Positions 59,590 through 64,000 of a stretch of 64,000 nt of DNA are shown here, in pieces. Position numbers and translations under genes: made by a program. This stretch comes from Mobula hypostoma (taxonomy: Eukaryota): positions 171,246,001 through 171,310,000 of the forward strand of contig NC_086097.1 in the NCBI RefSeq assembly GCF_963921235.1, read 5' to 3'. The notes below the pieces were generated by a model that saw only the letters and a list, made by a program, of their open reading frames with translations, ran no database searches and was not told where the DNA came from. Each line of letters opens with the position of its first letter. Within the stretch, counting starts at the first letter, position 1.

Positions 59590-61900
59590 GTCAACTCTGG
59601 GGACTTATCCACCCTAATTTATCTCAAGACAGAAAAAAACCCTCCTCCTCTGTAATCGCATAGGATCTATGACCCTGCTGCTGCATGCCTCACTTCAAGA
59701 GACTCAGTGTCCACCTCCCAAGTAAATACAGCTGCAAAGAATGCATTTAAGATCTCTCCCGTCTCTTTCAGCTCCACACATAGTGTTACAGTACGCACCT
59801 GACTGTGCTAGTCTCTAGGGTTTAGACGCTCCGATACTCCAGAGTATGGATAGCTGGCACGGCCCATTTAAAGATCCTGGCTTGCTCCGCTAGTTGGCGG
59901 GTATGTTCTGGTGCCAAGGTTTGCATATCCAAAGAGCTCAGATTCAGTGCCTAACTGTCAGCTGAACTTTGATTCAGTCTACGATTGCATGTAGGATTTC
60001 TTATCCTTTTGGATTCTTGTCTCGTCTCATCAGGTTCCCATCTAGCCTCTAGTCAAGAACCCTGCTCTCATCTCAGTCTCAAAACCTTTTCTCGATTGTA
60101 GTCTTGGATACAGCAGCATTTGGGTCCTTATCAGCCTTGCCTAGGCCTCTTGTCACAGCATAAATTACCACTCTGATCTTCCAGAGGACCAATTTTGATC
60201 CTTTCAATCTTTTTGCTCTTAATATATCTGTAGAAGTCCTTTGGATTATCCTTCACTTTGTCTGCTAGAATAACCTCATGCCTTCTTTTAGCCTTCTTGA
60301 TTCTTTCAAAAGTGTTCTCTTGCATGTCTTGAGGTATTCCTCAAATGCCTCATTTATTCCTACCTGCCTATAGCTGCTATGCACTTCCTTCTTTTTCTTA
60401 GCACGCTCTCAATATCTGTCAGGCACTAAGGTTTCCGTAAACCTGCCATCCTTGCCATTTATTTTGACAAGAACATACAAACTGTGTTCTCAAAATTTTA
60501 CTTTTGAAAGCCACCCACTAACCAACGAGCCCCAAAACACTGAGCTGCCAGTTCTGTCCCTCCTGCAACCAAGTTTCAATAATGGCTACAATGTCGTAAT
60601 TCCACAAGCTGATCCATTCCTAACCTCATCCACCCTCGTCCATGTATTGAAACATCCACAGCTCAGAACATTAGCCTCACCATGCTTGACCTTTTGATTT
60701 CTATCTTTGTATATAGGGTTAACGACATTTTTATCCCTGTTATCTGTTTTGGCACTCTGGTTCCAACCCTCTGCAACTTAAAACCCCATGCAGCACTAGC
60801 AAACCTTCTCACAGGGATACTAGAGCCCTCCTGTTTAGGTGCAAACCGTCCCTTCCGTACAGGTCCCACTTTCTCTGCAAGAGAGCTCAATGATCCAAAG
60901 ATGAAAAGCCCTCAAACTCCTCAGCCACATGTTAAATTGTATGATTTTTCTACTTCTGGCCTCACTAGCATGTGGCATGGGTAGCAATCCTGAGATCACA
61001 ACACTGGAAGTCCTGTCCTTTAACTTAGCACCTAGGGCCTTGAACTCATTTTGTAACTCACTTTTGTCACCTGTCTTACCCATGTCAATGAAGGCGACGT
61101 GGACCACGACCTCTGGCTGCTCACCCTCCCAATTAAAAATGTTGCGGACTCAATCCAAGACATCCGACCCTGGCACCCTGGGGCAACATACCATCAAAGA
61201 ATCTTGTTCTCATTTACAGAACCTCCTTTCTGTTCTCCTAATGAACGAATCCCCTATCATTTCAGCTCGCCTCTTCTCTCACATTTCCCTTCCAAGCCAC
61301 AGCATCAGACTCAGTGTCAAAGACCTGTCCACTGTAACCTCCTCTGCAAGGTCATTTCCCCTCAAAAGGTTCCAAAGCAGTATTCCTGTTATTGAGGGGA
61401 AAGGCTATAGGGGCACTCTGCATCGTCTGCCTCTTCCCTTTCCCCATCCTGATGGTCACCTAGTTACCTGTGTCCTGCATCTTGGGTGTAACTACTGCAC
61501 CTCCTTGTATGCCCTGTCTATCAGGCTCCCGAATGAACCAGTTCCAACTCCTTAACGTGGTCTGTTAGAAGCTGGAGCTGGATGCCTTCTCACATCATGC
61601 ATTTCAGTATCCAGCCTGGCATCACCATACTCTAAATGTGCAACAAGAAAGAAAGAATAAATAAATAACAAAACAAAATCTACTTCCAGCCTATGCTTCT
61701 TCTAGCAGAAGCCTCGATGAGCAAAAGCCTAAACTCTATCCTTTAACACCATCCCACTCACACTTTGCTGAAACCTAATTTCTTTTTATTGGACCTTGCA
61801 AGTGCCTGATTATGCGCAATCCAATGTCTCCTCAGGAACTGTTGTGCGCAAAATGTGCTGACTATCCCCACTCACTTCTTTTAAACTGTCTCTCCCCCTA
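59590..61900 (-). mobile_element. CR1 LINE 5' half with deletions (esterase ORF1 and ORF2 pieces)
   Basis: VVVHVAFIDMGK..VVISGLLPMPHAS (60835-61107); KVKDNPKDFYRYIKSKK..IGPLEDQSG (60131-60325). Confidence 0.85.
59784..60157 (+). mobile_element. Probable solo LTR inserted in CR1
   Basis: TGTTACA...TGTCACA termini; TTTAAA TATA-like box; gcatttgggtcc near the 3' end; CR1 resumes across the insert; flanks acatag/gcataa imperfect. Confidence 0.6.
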
Positions 61901-62689
61901 CATAATCCAATGTCACTTTAGGAACTGTGACAAGCAAATCTGGGACACTTTCTCATGCTGGCTAAATGCTGGCTTATCCAGTGAAGCAATGTTTTGAGAA
62001 CTGAAAGGAAGGTATCTTGCGGAAATGTTAAAAATCTCATGAAATTGTATCCCAGTTGCCTTCTAACTGGTCCACAGTGCAAGCATGAGTCCATTACATG
62101 GAGCCTATGTGAAATATTATTTTAAGTTCTAGGTGACAAGTCAACATAGGAAATTCAGGTGGACCCCTGCATTATAGAGGTTTGGGTAACAGAAATTCAT
62201 TCTTATGCAATTCACAAATCAGCACCAAAATTGTGAGATACAGAAAAACAATTCGCTCTCACGGAATTTATACTTCAATTTTTATTTTATTTTCAGATTT
62301 CTTGGTGCATGCACAAATGATGTGGCTTTTCATTAAGAAAAACCGCAACATGAATTGTTTTCCTGGAATGCAACATCCCAGTAATGTGAGTGTCAATGAT
62401 GTTGATATTGTTTTGAAATTGATGCCAAATTTCAGAAAAAGAGGGCTTGAAGTCAACTCTTTGGTTGTTGAAAAGGTTTAATGATAAAATAATAAAAGGT
62501 TATCTTTAACTAAAATTTAAAGTTTATTACTTTGCCTCATTATGACAACAGACAATTTAAAGGATTTATCTGTTTCAGTTATTAACTTGTGACAGTGTTT
62601 GTGGCTGTTCTCAAACTTCTCCTCAGCACAGATAGCTCACTGGGCCACTTCATAATCAGTCATATTTCTTGGGGTCTGGAGTCACATTG

Positions 62690-64000
62690 TGGGCAGCAAT
62701 GTTGCAAAAGATACAAAGAAGCTTCAGTGGGATATGGACAGGCTAAGTGAATGGGCCAAGAATATAATGTGGGAAAATTTGAAGTCATTCAGAACAAATA
62801 GAATGGTGGAGTAGTTTTAAAAAGTTCAATAATTCAGTGTTTGAAAATTCATAGTAATCCAGCATGTAAACAAGCTTCAGTGCAACACACAAAGTGCTGG
62901 AGGGACCCAGGAGGTCAGGCAGCATTTAGACAAGAAAATGGACAAGTGATCTTTCATGTCAAGACCATTCAGCCTATTTTGTCCATGCCAATCAAGATGC
63001 CTACCTACACTAGTCCCATTTACCTGCATTTGGCCCATTTCTTTCTAAAATGTGTTGTTTGGGACACTGAGTATAAAAATTGGCAAGTTGTGTTGCAGCT
63101 GCACAGACACAGAGGACCTACTGGTGGGTTCCTTCTGCTGCTTACTGAAACAATTTCCCTTCTTGTATCTTTACTTTCACTTTCAGATCCCTATGGAAGA
63201 ACATCTAGGGTCCTCTGAATGCCATCTCCTTTCAAACTCTCACCATTAAAAAGATACGCTCCTTTTTCTTATTGTTCTCTACGAAATTAGATGACCACAT
63301 TTTTCTACATGATCTTCCACTTTCTATGTCCTTGGCCATTTGCCTTAACCCCTCTATATGGTCCTGAATCTTTTCTCCATCTATCTCATAAATCTCACAT
63401 CAGAAAATTTTAATATATTACACGTGGTCCTCCGACCAAAATTATTACTTGCTGCAGGATCTGGGCCAGCTGGAAAAATGGACTGAAAAATGACAGATGG
63501 AACTTAATGCAGACGTATTAACGTATTGCACTTTGGGAGGACAAATCAGCATAGTACTTACACTGTGAACAATAGGGCACTGAGGAGTGTGGTAGAACTG
63601 AATGATCTGAGAATATAGTTCCATAGGTTGTAAGGTTGTAAGAAGATATTTTGGAACGTTGGCCTTCAGAAATCAAAGTATCGTGCACAGAAGTTGGGAT
63701 GTTATGTACATGTTGTATAAGACGTTGGTGAGACCTAATTTGATAGAGGTACAGTATAAAAAATTATGAGGGATATAGATAGGGTAAATGCAAGCAAGCC
63801 TTTTCCCTGAGGTAGGGTGAGACTAGAACTCGAGGCCATGGGTTAAGGAGGAAAGGTGAAATGTTTAAGGGGAACATGAGGGGGATCTTCTTCACTCAGA
63901 GGGCGATGAGAGTGTGGACCAAAATGCCAGTGAAAGTGGAAAATACGGGTTCAATTTCAACATTTAAGAGAAATTTGGATAAATATATAGATGGGATGGG
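62690..64000. mobile_element. Old CR1 fragments plus a Penelope tail piece, running off the window
   Basis: aagcttcagtgggatatggacaggctaagtgaatgggc (62720); CR1 RT end 63450-64000; Penelope tail minus 62880-62970. Confidence 0.7.

Noticed and set aside
1..64000. Prokaryotic systems (operons, CRISPR arrays, defence islands)
   Set aside because: The sequence is vertebrate-type repeat DNA; no spaced direct-repeat array or gene-dense region is present.

Overview
Eukaryotic (vertebrate) repeat-dominated intergenic or intronic DNA. The repeat mix (esterase-ORF1 CR1 LINEs, Penelope elements with hammerhead-type tails, Rex1/Babar, HERO, Gypsy, Tigger, V-SINE- and Deu-SINE-like remnants) points to a cartilaginous fish, probably a ray; this is inference. 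I recognise no intact host gene. The main finding is a 2.24-kb non-autonomous Gypsy-type LTR element (53669-55905; ~97% identical LTRs, GTTGA target-site duplication, PBS, PPT). Its RT, RNase H and integrase core are replaced, in frame at both junctions, by 240 bp encoding the N-terminal coiled coil of the host endosomal effector Rabaptin-5 (RABEP1). Other notable structures are a near-perfect 4.9-kb tandem duplication (4962-14765), an 11.2-kb multiply nested Gypsy element with a TTGAT TSD (31071-42225), a shrunken Gmr1-order LTR element inserted into a Penelope element, minimal hammerhead ribozyme motifs, two long DNA hairpins, a full-length Tigger transposon and several TAAT/Sox-rich repeat-free islands that may be enhancers. 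All calls were made by eye, and boundaries of old fragments are approximate.
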